The notes: generated by a model from the sequence alone, not told the origin. A DNA stretch of 63,659 nucleotides, filler included, from Octopus bimaculoides (GCF_001194135.2; 4 parts of 4 records of this genome joined end to end with filler, not necessarily neighbours in it); one strand, 5' to 3'. Shown: positions 12,001-24,003, numbered from the whole stretch's first letter. Numbers and translations are program-made.

Positions 12001-12330
12001 TCGACCTGCCAGTTAATGCTGAATGCAGGTCTACCTACACACCAGCCAATCAGACAGGATGCTTCCAATGTTAGATGTGTAGTCCTGCCCATACTAACCA
12101 ATTGTGATTGGAAAGGTGTTGGCCTCGTTAGTTGATTAGCCCAGACCAGGGTCTTCCTGCCCACACTGGCTATTTGTGGATTGAATGAGACACGCTTGTC
12201 ATTAGCTGATTAATCCTGGCCCATCTCTGCTTAATCAGAATTTCAACTCAGGATGCAAATAACCAGAATAGATAGTACGAAACAACTCGTCTGGTCCGCT
12301 AGTATTTCTGTCCGCTAGTATTTCTGTCCA

Positions 12331-12352
12331 TTCATCATCATCATCATGATCA

Positions 12353-12434
<82 letters not shown>

Positions 12435-12491
12435 AATCATAATCATCACCACTATCATCATCATTACATCATCATCATAATCATCACCATC

Positions 12492-12546
<55 letters not shown>

Positions 12547-12790
12547 CCATCATCATCACCATCATCATCATCATCATCATCGTCATCATTTAACATCCGT
12601 TTTTCCATGCTGACATGTGTTGGACAGTTTGACAACGTGCTGGCAAGCCGTACAACCACACCAAGCTCCAAGTGTCTACTTTGGCACGGCTTCTACCGCT
12701 GGCCACCCTTCCTAACGCCAACCACTTTACCGAATGCTTTACTGGGTGCTTTTTTTAAGTTGCACCAGCACCAATGTCATTTACATGGAA
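12331..12790 (-). mobile_element. SINE family C 3' part (RTE-type tail) with expanded (GAT/AAT)n tail
   Basis: Reverse complement has gtggttggcgttaggaaggg...gtagaagccgtgcc...catgtcagcatggaaaacggatgttaaa followed by (GAT)n. Confidence 0.8.
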
Positions 12791-13039
12791 CCATCATCCA
12801 CAAAATATAAACCCAAATATGATCTCATAGAGGCCCAAAATCTTTCCCAACTTCTCCTTATCACCATTATTATATCTCTTCCCAGCTCCATCCCGACCAC
12901 TCTCTTCTTCTCTTCTAAAATTTGAGTAGACATTTAGCCCCTCTGCAGCAAGAAACCTATTCTGCTTTGGGCCCTTCTTTCATATTTTAACCCCTCATCT
13001 CCTCGCGTTAGGTAGCACATCTCAGGTTTAGTAGTCCTG

Positions 13040-13530
13040 TGCTAGTGCCAAAAAAAAGGGCACCCAGCAGATGGTGTAAAGGGTTTGACGACAGGAAAAG
13101 CATCCAGACATCCTAGTTATACCAAAGCTGTCTCTGAATATATCATGCTGTCCTTGGACACAGGAGATCCTGGCAAGCCGTCCAACCAATTTTGGCATTC
13201 AATGTTGATGATGATGATGACGACGATGATGACGACGATGATGACGACGATGATGAAGACGATGATGATGACGATGACGGTGATGATGATGATGATGATA
13301 ACGGCGATGACGACGATGATGCTGATGACAATGATGACGACAATGATGATGATGAGGATGACGACGATGATGAGGGATGGCGATGACGATGATGACAACG
13401 GTGACATGTTAATGAGGATAAAGATGGTGATGACATCGATGGCGATGATGACGACGATGACGATGATAATGATGATGACAATGATGACGACAATGATGAT
13501 GACAACGATGATGTTGATGCTGATGATACA
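13040..13530 (+). mobile_element. Degraded family C SINE with ~330-bp (GAT/GAC)n tail expansion
   Basis: gggtttgacgacaggaaagcatccag...ccgtccaacc then GAT/GAC triplets 13205-13530. Confidence 0.7.
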
Positions 13531-13861
13531 AACATAACGAAAATTAGTGAAAGAGAAACTAGAGCGTGAGAAAATGTCTGAGGATGACTAAGAAAGAGGA
13601 TTAACGGAGGTCAATGCACTTTGGGGAAAGATTAGAAAGAGAGAAACTAAGATTGTGATTGACAATGGATTTCTATGTTCTAGCTCAATCTTATTGTTTA
13701 TGTTGATCTCCAATCACGTATCTTAATCAACACCTGATAATATTGGTGATGAAACCGAACATACAGGTGCAAAACTAGTTCAATATATGTGTTAATACGT
13801 TAATAATAAACTGTTATTTATAATAATTAAATAGCAATGTGGTTTAACTGAGAAACGTCTA

Positions 13862-14073
13862 CAGTAAACCGTCACCCTATCGCGGTTCACCCATCGCACA
13901 CTCAGTACGTCGCGGATTTTTCCGGCTAATATATGTAAATTTACATCGAGGATTCCTCGGTATATCACGGGTTTCTGCGGCCGATAGGTATTTATATATA
14001 TATTTTTTCCGTTTTTAATTATTTCCGTGGGAGGTTTTGGAACGTAACACGCGCGATAGTGGAGGGATTGCTG
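13862..14073. mobile_element. Tc1/mariner-superfamily (pogo/Tigger-like) MITE
   Basis: TA-flanked imperfect TIRs: TA|cagtaaaccgtcaccctatcgcg vs reverse complement TA|cagcaatccctccactatcgcg. Confidence 0.7.
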
Positions 14074-14289
14074 TAATTAGATCCATATTAGAGGAACGGT
14101 TTACATTTAGAGAGAAACAAAGGAAAGGAGAGATAATATGTTGTAATGTTATTCGATGCAGTTAAACCTTGACTTCTCCAAAGCATTTTCATAAGTTTAC
14201 CCCAAAAAATCCGTCCTGAAAACACATATTAACCAATTGCGCAAAGCAAGGAGATGATTGGGGAGCGAGACAGGTGGCACATTGCTGTA

Positions 14290-14580
14290 CACAAGAAGAC
14301 ATGCCCACCACAACAGAATTGACATCCTAAAACCAAAGTGCTTCACAAAAAACATTGGCGCGGGTGCTGATGCCACGTAAAAAGCACTGGTCCAATGTAA
14401 AAAGCAACCAGTCCACTCTATAAAGTGGTTGTCGTTAAGAAGGACATCCAGCTGTAGAAACCATGGCAAAACAGACTGTGTAACCTGGTGTGGCCTCTGG
14501 CCTTACCAGTTCTTTTCAAGCTATCCAACCCAGCCATGCCAGCATAGAAAACGAACGTTGAATGTTGATGATTATGACGT
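14290..14580 (+). mobile_element. SINE family C
   Basis: gccacgtaaaaagcac...gttaagaaggacatccagctgtagaaaccatggc...ccatgccagcatagaaaacg. Confidence 0.8.
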
Positions 14581-15049
14581 AATTTTAACTTTTCCAGACC
14601 GAATAGATGATTTATGCTAATTAGTCAATGGGGGAACATTTTCTAATCTTCTGGTGCAAAATATGGAGCTGCTACCTCACTGCATATAATTCTGAACTTC
14701 AGGATGATAAACAAATAATTAACTTTAATGAAATAGTTTTCTAAATTTGATAAAGGGCTCTGCCTCAATCATCGAGTCTTTCCTCTTCCTCACAACTATC
14801 TAAAAGGGCTTGTCAGTTTGCTTCATGGCCCCAGTAGATAAAACGATTGTTTTCAGGCTTTCAGCTAACCCCTACTTCAAACATTCTGAATAACATAAAG
14901 CTTTCCCTGCATAAGTCTTGAGTTTCTCTGGCGGTTTGAAAAAGTTGAGGATGTGTTCCATATATGATGCACGGACGCCAGGAAAATGTCGTGTATCAAA
15001 TATTGGTTTCAATTTTGGTACAAGGCCAATCATTTCAGGGGAAGAGGTA

Positions 15050-15200
15050 AATCAATTACCTGGTGTTTATTTTATCGACACTGACAGGATGAAAGGCAAA
15101 GTCGACCTCGGCAGAATTTGAACTCAGAAGGGTAAAGACCAGAAAAATACCGCTAAGCATTTTGCCCAGCGTCGTCACGATCCTGGCTCACCACCTTGCC
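15050..15200 (-). mobile_element. SINE family A
   Basis: ggatgaaaggcaaagtcgacctcggcagaatttgaactcagaa is the reverse complement of the family A core. Confidence 0.8.
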
Positions 15201-15519
15201 TGTATTAGATATTAACTAATTAACTCTCTAATGATCTTAACACAAAAAATAATTACTAGTTTATTAACTCTCACCGTGCTAATTAAATTTTGCTGGTGTT
15301 GTAATTGGCTAATCATATGCAAATCAGTTCTCGCAATATTCTTCTATTGGTCCGCAAAAATAAAATTTGAATTCTAATTGATATGAAATCTGGAGAATTC
15401 CAGAAAGTGGCTCCATTATGGAAAATGACTGAAATCTCTTCTCGCATTTCAAGTGCACATGCACGGAATTAATCAGATCCAATTATGATGGTTAATAATA
15501 TGCAGTGGAATAATTCAAA

Positions 15520-15955
15520 AGAATTGTCTGTGTGGTAAGTAGCTTGCTNNNNNNNNNNNNNNNNNNNNNNNNNNNNNNNNNNNNNNNNNNNNNNNNNNNN
15601 NNNNNNNNNNNNNNNNNNNNNNNNNNNNNNNNNNNNNNNNNNNNNNNNNNNNNNNNNNNNNNNNNNNNNNNNNNNNNNNNNNNNNNNNNNNNNNNNNNNN
15701 NNNNNNNNNNNNNNNNNNNNNNNNNNNNNNNNNNNNNNNNNNNNNNNNNNNNNNNNNNNNNNNNNNNNNNNNNNNNNNNNNNNNNNNNNNNNNNNNNNNN
15801 NNNNNNNNNNNNNNNNNNNNNNNNNNNNNNNNNNNNNNNNNNNNNNNNNNNNNNNNNNNNNNNNNNNNNNNNNNNNNNNNNNNNNNNNNNNNNNNNNNNN
15901 NNNNNNNNNNNGTCAAATGACTGAAACAAGTAAAAGAGTAAAAGAGTAAAAGAGT
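15520..15955 (+). mobile_element. SINE family B spanning an assembly gap
   Basis: Head gtgtggtaagtagcttgct before the gap; tail gtcaaatgactgaaacaagtaaaagagtaaaagagt after it. Confidence 0.7.
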
Positions 15956-16009
15956 AATCATTAAAAACAGAGAGTGAAGACACTGCAAGATGATAAATAA
16001 GTCATCATC

Positions 16010-16280
16010 ATCATCATCATCATCATTTACCGTCCGTTTTCCATGCTGGCATGGGTTGGATAATTTTACAGGATCTAACACACTAGAGAACTGCACCAGG
16101 ATCCGATCGTCTGTTTTGGCATGATTTCTATGACTGGACGCCCTCCCTAATGTGGCACCTTTCCTAATACCAACGATTTTACAGACATTACCGAATGCTT
16201 TTGACATGGAACCAGCAAGAGAGCTCTGTACGTGATACGGGCATGGGTGCTCTTTAAGTGGCACCAGCACGGATCCTTTT
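16010..16280 (-). mobile_element. SINE family C
   Basis: (ATC)n then ccgttttccatgctggcatgggttgga...ggacgccctccctaa. Confidence 0.75.
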
Positions 16281-16309
16281 TTACTTGACAATATTTAATG
16301 AAAATGAAG

Positions 16310-16470
16310 ACGGGGAAATGGCAGAATCGTTAGCGCAGCGGGCAAAATGTTTAGCAGCATCTCATCCGTCTTTACGTTCCGAGCTCAAATTCTGCTGAGG
16401 TCGACTTGCTTTTCATTCCTTCAGGATCGATAAAATAAATACCAGTTGAACACTGGGATCGATGTATTCG
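16310..16470 (+). mobile_element. SINE family A
   Basis: ggcagaatcgttagc...ttacgttccgagctcaaattctgctgaggtcgactt. Confidence 0.75.
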
Positions 16471-16499
16471 ACTCAGGGCGCTGAACCCTTCGTGCAAGG

Positions 16500-16830
16500 T
16501 AAAAAGGGACCGTGATGCCTGGTGCCCTGTTGTACTCAAGAAAACCCGAACTCCGCATCAGAAATGTTAAGACTGGTCCATACTGTGGTGTAAAGCACTT
16601 CTGGAAGTGCCACGTAAAAGCGCTCGTGCAGTGCCACGTAAAAGCACCCGTGGAGTGCCACGGAAAAGCACTCAGCACACTCTATAAAGTGGTTGGTATC
16701 AGTAAAGGCACCCAGTCGTAGAAACCATGCCAAATCAGACCGGAGTCTGGAGCTTGCCAGCTCTGGTCAAACCGTCCAATCCATGACAGAATGGACAACG
16801 GACTTTAAATGATGATGATGATGATGATGA
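16500..16830 (+). mobile_element. SINE family C with an internal 24-bp unit in ~3 copies
   Basis: gtgccacg(t/g)aaaagc repeated three times, (GAT)n tail. Confidence 0.75.
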
Positions 16831-17396
16831 TTATGTATGTATGTTTGTTTTATTATATCGCATCGTATCATATCGTATCATATTATATCCTACCATACGT
16901 ATGTCATATGATATTATATCATATCATATCGCAACATATAATGTTATATTATATTATATCATACTATATTACATTGCAGGTCACAAGGTGTAACTAATGT
17001 ACCTAAATCAGAGCAAGAAGATACATTATTATTTGATAAAACGATCAAGAATTTCTCCACAAGAAATCATTACATAGAAAGTTTTCGATCCATGAATTCT
17101 GCATGGATTCCCAGAAGTTCAGTCTGACACTACGTGAAGAGAAAACATTTTGTAGAATTAATGACAAAATTGAATTCTCAATAATATTCCTCTTAATATG
17201 ACAATTCATCCAAATTTGAATTTATTAAATAGCAAAATTAAATTACAGTTGTTCATATTAAATTTAATTTATGAGCTGTGGGTTAAATATTTTCTACTTC
17301 TTCTGCAATGAATGGCCCTAAACCAGAATAACCACATCGCATACTGGTAGTCATATTTTGCTGTACAACTGGTGAATAGAAGGGGATTCCTGTTAA

Positions 17397-17616
17397 CGAG
17401 GTGGTATCAAAAGGTTCCCGGACTAGTTATGTTTAAAGCAAAATAGCTTATTTACCTAAGTGTTAATGTCATCTCATTCGAAATAGTCACCTTGCGCAGT
17501 AATACACCGGTCCCAACGTCCCTACCACTTTTGAAATCCGGCCTGGAAGTCGTTTGCCGTAAGCGAGTCGAGGACCTTCAGCGATTCATTCTGGATCTCG
17601 ACAACCGTGTTCAAAC
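17397..17616 (-). mobile_element. Mariner 3'-terminal fragment with TIR
   Basis: Minus frame reads LNTVVEIQNESLKVLDSLTANDFQAGFQKW*GRWDRCITAQGDYFE; TIR-like cgaggtggtatcaaaaggttcccggact at 17397. Confidence 0.85.
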
Positions 17617-17780
17617 TTAGGAATGAGAACCCAGGTTCGAATTTTCCCCAAAACACCTGATGAAGGCTGGAGGGTATATCAGCCGAAACATTGTGTCAAC
17701 AACAAACAAGATGAGGACAAATATCCGTTAATTGTAACTAATGTAAATAATGTACATAAATTCCTCATCTCTTAAATATA
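17617..17780 (+). mobile_element. pLTR-like HHR repeat copy 2 (5'-truncated, abuts the mariner fragment)
   Basis: Same as 9836-10022; HHR at 17652-17697 with ACGU changed to ACAU. Confidence 0.8.
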
Positions 17781-18699
17781 TTATATATCATAGTTTCAAA
17801 ACGAAGTGCAGTGTCCATGCTAGTAATTAATACCTAGATACCAGCTGCCAGGAATATGTTCAATACATAAATTTATATGTCCAATAGTGTTGCAATACTA
17901 AACTTAGTAGTTATTTAAGCAATGCATTCGTGGGTAGTTGCTGGATTGGATGTGGCCCTGACGAAAGAGCAATAACTCTTGAAATATGTATATACACTCA
18001 GTACCTACTTTTTCTATCTTCGATTGCGTTGTTTACATAAGCGTATTTGCATACAGAACGTCGTAATAGTCAGTGTTAGCTTTAAATTCTATTGAAAATC
18101 TGTAGAGATAAACTTAAACGTATAAAATGTAATATTCCCTTTTCATTTATTTATTTCCTTTCATCTCAAGAAATAAATGAAAATTGAATGTAACAGTTAC
18201 ATGACTAAGATGGCTCTTTTTATCCTAATTGTTTAATTTTTAACACAAGGTCTCAGATCGATTCACAGGCTAAACAAATAGTACTACAAAATCAATATAA
18301 TGCTTTGTGTTCTATGTATGTATTCAGGGGAAAATAACATCAAGTGGCATGAGCTTAAAGAGGAGTCTAAAACCCATTCACGGAGATCTTAACATATCTT
18401 ACACATTTTAACATGTTATGCTTTCTTTTCAAAACCATAGAATGCGAAAATACATCAGGATCATTTTTCTTTGATCTCAGCAGGTTCATAGAAAGATTCA
18501 AATCTAACATTACGAAATAATAAGTCATTTAACACTGAAGTATATGCTTCCATTTCTTAGTGCAGAGTTTTGGTTATTGGAATTGAAATTACTAACATGT
18601 CTAAAACTTAATCAACTTCGACAGCTGCAATTGTATGTTGTAAATTATAAAGAATTATTGTTTTCAAAGATAGTCATCACAAAATTGTCGTTACTCCAA

Positions 18700-18900
18700 G
18701 GCGGCGAGCTGGCAAAAACGTTAGCACGCCGAGTGAAATGCTTAGCGGTATTTCGTCTGTCTTTGCGTTCTGAGTTCGAATTCCTTCGAGGTCGACTTTG
18801 CCTTTCATCCTTTCGGGGTCAATAAATTAAGTACCAGTTGCGTACTGGGGTCGATCTAATACCCCAAAATTTCAGTCCTTGTGCCTAGAGTAGAGACGAA
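18700..18900 (+). mobile_element. SINE family A, near full length
   Basis: ggcggcgagctggcaaaaacgttagcacgccgagtgaaatgcttagcggtatttcgtctg...gagttcgaattcc...gtgcctagagtagag. Confidence 0.9.
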
Positions 18901-18994
18901 TATTGTAGTTATTCCTTGTCTTTTCATCCATCAGTGACTGCAAAAGACGCAAAGCGATCTTGCAGAAATCGTTTCAAGTGTTTACCGTTTACTT

Positions 18995-19385
18995 GTTTCA
19001 GTCATTAAGCTGTGGCCATGCTGGAGCATTGCTCACAAGAATTTTGGTTGAATGAGTTAACGCCATTCTTTTTAAGCCTAGTACTTGTTCTATCGGTGTC
19101 TTTTGCTGAACTGCTATGTGTGAACAACACACAAACAACAGTTGCCAAGCAGTGGAGGGGGACAAACACAGACACAAAGATACACACACATACACCCACA
19201 CACACGTACACACACATGTACACACACACAACGTGCCTATTTCAGCTTCTGTCTATCAAACTACACATAAGGCTTTGGTTGGCCCAAAGCCATAGTAGAA
19301 GATTCTTGTCCAAGGTGGCATGCAGTGGGACTAAACCCAGAACCCTTTGATGGAGAAAGAAACTTCTTACCACACAGCCACACCT
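18995..19385 (-). mobile_element. SINE family B
   Basis: cttgtttcagtca...catgctggagca...aaggctttggttggcccaaagccatagtagaaga...cttaccacacagccacacct. Confidence 0.8.
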
Positions 19386-19419
19386 CTGTAAAGCTTGTAC
19401 ATAATATTTATTTATACTG

Positions 19420-19805
19420 TTGAACCAAGTGAAATCATAGTTGTAGCCGAAGCCAGTGCCACCTGACTGGTACCCATACCGTTGACACATAAGAAGCACC
19501 ATTCGAGCATGATTGATGCCAGTGCCACTGGACTGGAACCCATGCCGGTAGCATGTAAAAAGCACCATTCAAGTGTGACCCATGCCAGTGCCGCCTGACT
19601 GGCTCTCATGCCGATGGCACATAAAAAGTATCCACTACACTCTCGGAGTTGTTGGCATTAGGAAGGGCATCCAACTGTAGAAACTTTGCCAAATCAGATT
19701 GGAACCTGGTGCAGCCTCCCGGCTTGCCAGACCCCAGTCGAACCATGTAACCCATGCCAGCATAGAAAACGGACGCTAATCGATGACGACGACGATGATG
19801 ATGAC
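19420..19805 (+). mobile_element. SINE family C with ~60-bp internal tandem units
   Basis: gccagtgcc.c.(t)gactgg...aa(a)agcaccattc.ag repeated; RTE-type tail and (GAT)n. Confidence 0.8.
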
Positions 19806-20539
19806 TGTACAGAGTGCTATATTTTCAGATATTTTGACAACATTTAGCAGATGATAATTTCTACTTCTATTTTCCATTTTCTTTCTTAATAAGACCATAT
19901 CTCTTTCTCTCATGCTCCTTCATTTTCTTCCTTCCCTCCCTGCTAGTTCTATTGGCTCTTCGTTTTTTCAGTCTCCTTCTTTCATAATTTCATTATTTTA
20001 CTCTGGAAGAAAAAAGCAGATAATAGTGTTTTACTAGAGGACATCTTTGCATTTTTTCATTAAACAAAATAGCTTATGTAATGAAGAAAAAAACTTGTTT
20101 GATAGACTGATATTCCCTGCTACAAATTATATTCCTGTAATTTATTGTGAATTACTTGAAGCAAATATATTTTATAATCCATGGGAGAGGTGTGTTGAAA
20201 AATTAGCTATAAAGGAAAATTATCCATTATTGTACGCAGAAGAGGTGGTTGTCCTGTTATGTATTAATATAAGCAAAGCCAGAAGCATTGAAAAACTGAT
20301 TATAAAACAAATATGTTGTGTGAAAGATAATACGATATTGACGAATGATTAATATTTTAATTATACCAGCATGTATAAAAGACAACTCCTCATAGGTTCC
20401 AGGCTTATTAAAACTTCTCATCAAATCAAGTACACGTGAAAACTTTTTTAAAGTTTTGTTATATTTGGGGTTGGCCAGTTTGCTAATAAACACATGCTTG
20501 CTTGCCTCGTGCTTTTGGTTGATGGAGCTGGGGTCATCC

Positions 20540-20835
20540 CAGGTTAGTTGTCCCAAAGATGTCATCATGTGCAGAAGTGAATAGGTTCACCAATGCTCTC
20601 CCTTGCTGATGGTCCCATGCCAGTCCCTCTGCATCACCCAAAGCGACGTTGAGCCTCAGGAAAACTTTCTTAATCGTTTCCAGTCATCTGGTGCAGGACC
20701 TGCCACGAGGCCTTTCCCAGCCCACGGCTGTTGTGTTGAATGAGAGTAAAGCCGTTTGTGGGATGATCTGGTGGGAGACAGAGGACATATCAGTACCCTG
20801 AAGATTAACCGCAGCTGCTAGGGTCTGGCTGCTGG
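20540..20835 (-). mobile_element. RTE-clade LINE C-terminal fragment
   Basis: Minus frames: YVLCLPPDHP and GWERPRGRSCTR*LETIKKVFLRLNVALGDAEGLAWDHQQGRALV (RPRGRP motif). Confidence 0.8.
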
Positions 20836-20844
20836 GGTCATTTA

Positions 20845-21115
20845 CTCCTTTCGGAAACCCTTTGGTGCTACTAATCTATCTCTCAGAAGGTAAAGCTTCA
20901 CATCTACAAACATCAACACTCTTTATTCTCCTCTATGAAGCAGAAACGAGGCACCTCTTGAAGTCCCTGGTAAAGAGGATTGACAACTTTGATAGCAGAA
21001 CCCTGAGAACCATTGAGAACATCAGTTGGTACCATCAGATTTCTAACAACGAACTGCATGCACACACGAATCAGGTCACAATCTCCCACTTCATAGCTAT
21101 TCATCACAATAAACA
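20845..21115 (+). mobile_element. RTE-clade LINE post-RT fragment, opposite orientation to its neighbour
   Basis: ILLYEAETRHLLKSLVKRIDNFDSRTLRTIENISWYHQISNNELHAHTNQ (cf. LLYGAETW...FD.R.LR.I..I.W...ISN.EL). Confidence 0.8.
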
Positions 21116-21140
21116 CATGCATTATTTGTTTGATATTTAC

Positions 21141-21142
<2 letters not shown>

Positions 21143-21202
<60 letters not shown>

Positions 21203-21680
21203 CATTATTATTAATATTTCATTTGCTTTGCACAGCTTCTAACACTGGAGATGTACTACAGTGTCGGCTGTTCACTATTAGTGAACTAAGGTAACACACC
21301 TTATTTTTCGAGCGTCATCCGGAGTATTTGACTGGCTCCAAGCAGTGCTGTTTCCTGCAAGTGCTCCATACTTATTGCAGCCCCTATTTGCTCCATGTAA
21401 CTCTCAAGATTTTTTCTTACTGTTCCCGGGGCTCCGACAATTATTGCTACTACTACCACCTTTTTCATCAACCACAACTGCTTCACCTCCCAAGCTAACC
21501 TGTCATATCTCTCAACTTTTCTTTCTTCCTTATCGCATACCTTGTTGTCAGCTGGGCATGCTATATCTATGACTCAGCATAGTTTGCTTTCTTTCTCAAT
21601 TAACACTATGTCTGGATTCCTATTCTCTATCTCATGGTCGCACTGAATCATAAAATCCATCATTTTACTGATTTTTCTTG
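21143..21680 (-). mobile_element. R4/Dong-like LINE 3' end (restriction-like endonuclease) ending in (AAT)n
   Basis: DFMIQCDHEIENRNPDIVLIEKESKLC*VIDIACPADNK...KVERY...VVVAIIVGAPGTV...LQETALLGASQILRMTLEK*, PD-D-K motif; (AAT)n tail 21143-21213. Confidence 0.85.
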
Positions 21681-22339
21681 GCTAGTGTTTTTTTATTGCT
21701 AAATGCAACAACGTAATAAGCATTGTTTTTATATGGATGTTGAACTCAAATCATTTCTCTCAGTAATTTGTACCCAAGTGTGGACATGCAATAGGAAATG
21801 GACAATACCAGCTGGAAAAAAATAGAAAAAGATAAAGTGGTAACTAGAGAACTTTTGAAGTTGATAAGGGTTAAATAATTAGAATTCTTCAGTCTATTCA
21901 CAAGCCGTAAATGTAGAACATCAAATATATTTGCTAAAATACTGAATAACAAACAGAAAAGATCATATAATTGTACATTTAATGTTGGTAGATGTGTTAT
22001 TGGACTTGTAATGTATGAAGCCTTACAACAGCAAATATTTATTTGTCATATGTCCCTTCAAAACAAATTAATAAATTTCATTATACACAAAAACTAAAAT
22101 AATAAATGATTTCATAAAATAGAAATGAAAACAAACACTTGTCATAACACTCAATGTATGAGCATTCATTGTTCACTCAGTTTTTCTCTTTCTTTCTATG
22201 TGTGTACACTAATATATATTAATAGACTGTTTCAAGTGGTTTACAGATTTAATATATCAAGTAAAAGGAGACAGTCAGAATTTTGGATAGTTATTTATTT
22301 AGGGATTTCATCTTGTTTTGGAGAATCATCAGGAAAAGT

Positions 22340-23060
22340 AGTTTTACAGAAAATTTATGGCTTCGGCCCACTTATGAGTACCCCTCATTTATTGGACAAT
22401 GAACTTTGCTTGTGAAGACCTATTGATGCAAGTGTAAACAAATCAAAATCGCTGACGTGGCTGATGACAGTACCGTCTGATTGGCATTCGTGCCAGTGGA
22501 ACGTTAAAAGCACATCTGAACGTGATCGTTGCCAGGGCNNNNNNNNNNTGCAAGTGTAAACAAATCAAAATCGCTGACGTGGCTGATGACAGTACCGTCT
22601 GATTGGCATTCGTGCCAGTGGAACGTTAAAAGCACATCTGAACGTGATCGTTGCCAGGGCCGCTGATTGGCTCCCGTGCCGGTGGCATATAACAAGAACG
22701 ATTCGAGCGTGAGTGTTGCCAGCGTAGCCTTAGCAGCACATGTGGCGGTGGTACGTAAAAGGCAACATTCGAGCGTGGTCGTTGCCAGTGCCTCCAGACT
22801 GGCTCCCATACAGGCTCCCATACGTAGAAAACACCTTTTGAGCGTGGTCGTTGCAAGAACTGCCTGACTGGTCCTCCTGCCAGTGGCACGTAAAAGCACC
22901 CACTACACTCTCGGAGTGGTTGGTGTTAGGAAGGGCATCCAGCTGTAGAAACTTTGCCAGATCAGATTGAACCTGGTGCAGCCTCTGGTTCACCAGTCCT
23001 CAGTCAAACCGTCCAACCCATGCAAGCATGGAAAGAAGACGTTAAACGATGATGACGATG
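22340..23060 (+). mobile_element. Long family C element with ~5 internal ~60-bp tandem units
   Basis: Units like gtggcacgtaaaagcac.attcgagcgtggtcgttgccag.gcc.c.tgactggctcccgtgccg; canonical tail and (GAT)n; includes a 112-bp duplication that is probably an assembly artefact. Confidence 0.8.
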
Positions 23061-23359
23061 ATTTATATATAAGTGAGTTAGTTTAAAATATCTGGAGTTG
23101 AACTGGGAAGAGAATGTTTTTGTGCTAATTCAAAGAATCCTGGAATAGATGAAAATAACTGGAAAATGATAACACAAATGAATTTATTTTGACAATACAA
23201 TTCTATAAAATCAAGTTATATTACTAATCTGGGAACCAATCTTCTTCTCAACACTTACTACATGTTTAACAATAAACATTAATAAACATAAACATACATG
23301 AAATTCAATTTTATTTGAAAAGCAAGAAGCACATTCACACTCATATCCATACTCATGGA

Positions 23360-23747
23360 TGCATGTGGCTGCGTGGTAAGAAGCGTGATTCCCAACCACA
23401 TGGCTCTAGGTTCAATCCCACAGTATGACACCATGGTCAAATGTCTTCTACTATAGCTGCAGGCTGACCAAAGTCTTGTGAGTGGATTTGGCAGACAGAA
23501 AACTGAAAGAAGCCCATCATATATATATCATCATCATCATTATTGTTTAACATCCGCTTTCCATCTAGTATGGGTTGGACGATTTGACTGATGACTGGTG
23601 AACCAGATGGCTGCACCAGGCTCCAATCTGATCTGGCAGAGTTTCTACAGCTGGATGCCCTTCCTAACGCCAACCACTCCGAGAATGTAGTGGGTGCTTT
23701 TACATGTCACCGGCACGAAGGCCAGTCATATATATATGTGTGTGTGT

Positions 23748-23785
<38 letters not shown>

Positions 23786-23990
23786 ATATGTTTGTGTGTC
23801 TGTATTTGACCCACCACTGCTGCTTGAAAACAAGTGTCACTTAGTTTACGTCCCTGTAACCTAGTGATTTGGCAAAAGGGACTGATAGAATAAGTTTTGG
23901 GTTGATTCAATTAACTAACAATTCCACGGAGTTGTGCTCCAGCATGACCATAAAATAATGACTGAAGCAAATAAGAAATAAAAGATAAAA
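23360..23990 (+). mobile_element. Family B SINE interrupted by an antisense family C SINE (23525-23730)
   Basis: B head to ...gaaagaagccc, then (ATC)n plus C on the minus strand, then (TG)n and the B tail ...gtgctccagcatgacc...atgactgaagcaa. Confidence 0.75.
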
Positions 23991-24003
23991 TGAAATAAAA
24001 ACA

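Noticed and set aside
12255-12300. GAAAC-aactc-GTC-tggt half-hammerhead
   Set aside because: No CUGANGA in any compatible topology
13085-13537. Poly-Asp/Met/Ser ORFs and the many YI/CV/HT ORFs elsewhere
   Set aside because: Translations of microsatellites and SINE tails
22427-22660. Exact 112-bp tandem duplication
   Set aside because: The two identical copies flank a 10-N gap, so this is most likely an unmerged contig overlap
22560-22900. Regularly spaced repeats resembling a CRISPR array
   Set aside because: Whole ~60-bp units are similar (no unique spacers), they lie inside a SINE, and there are no cas genes in this eukaryotic context
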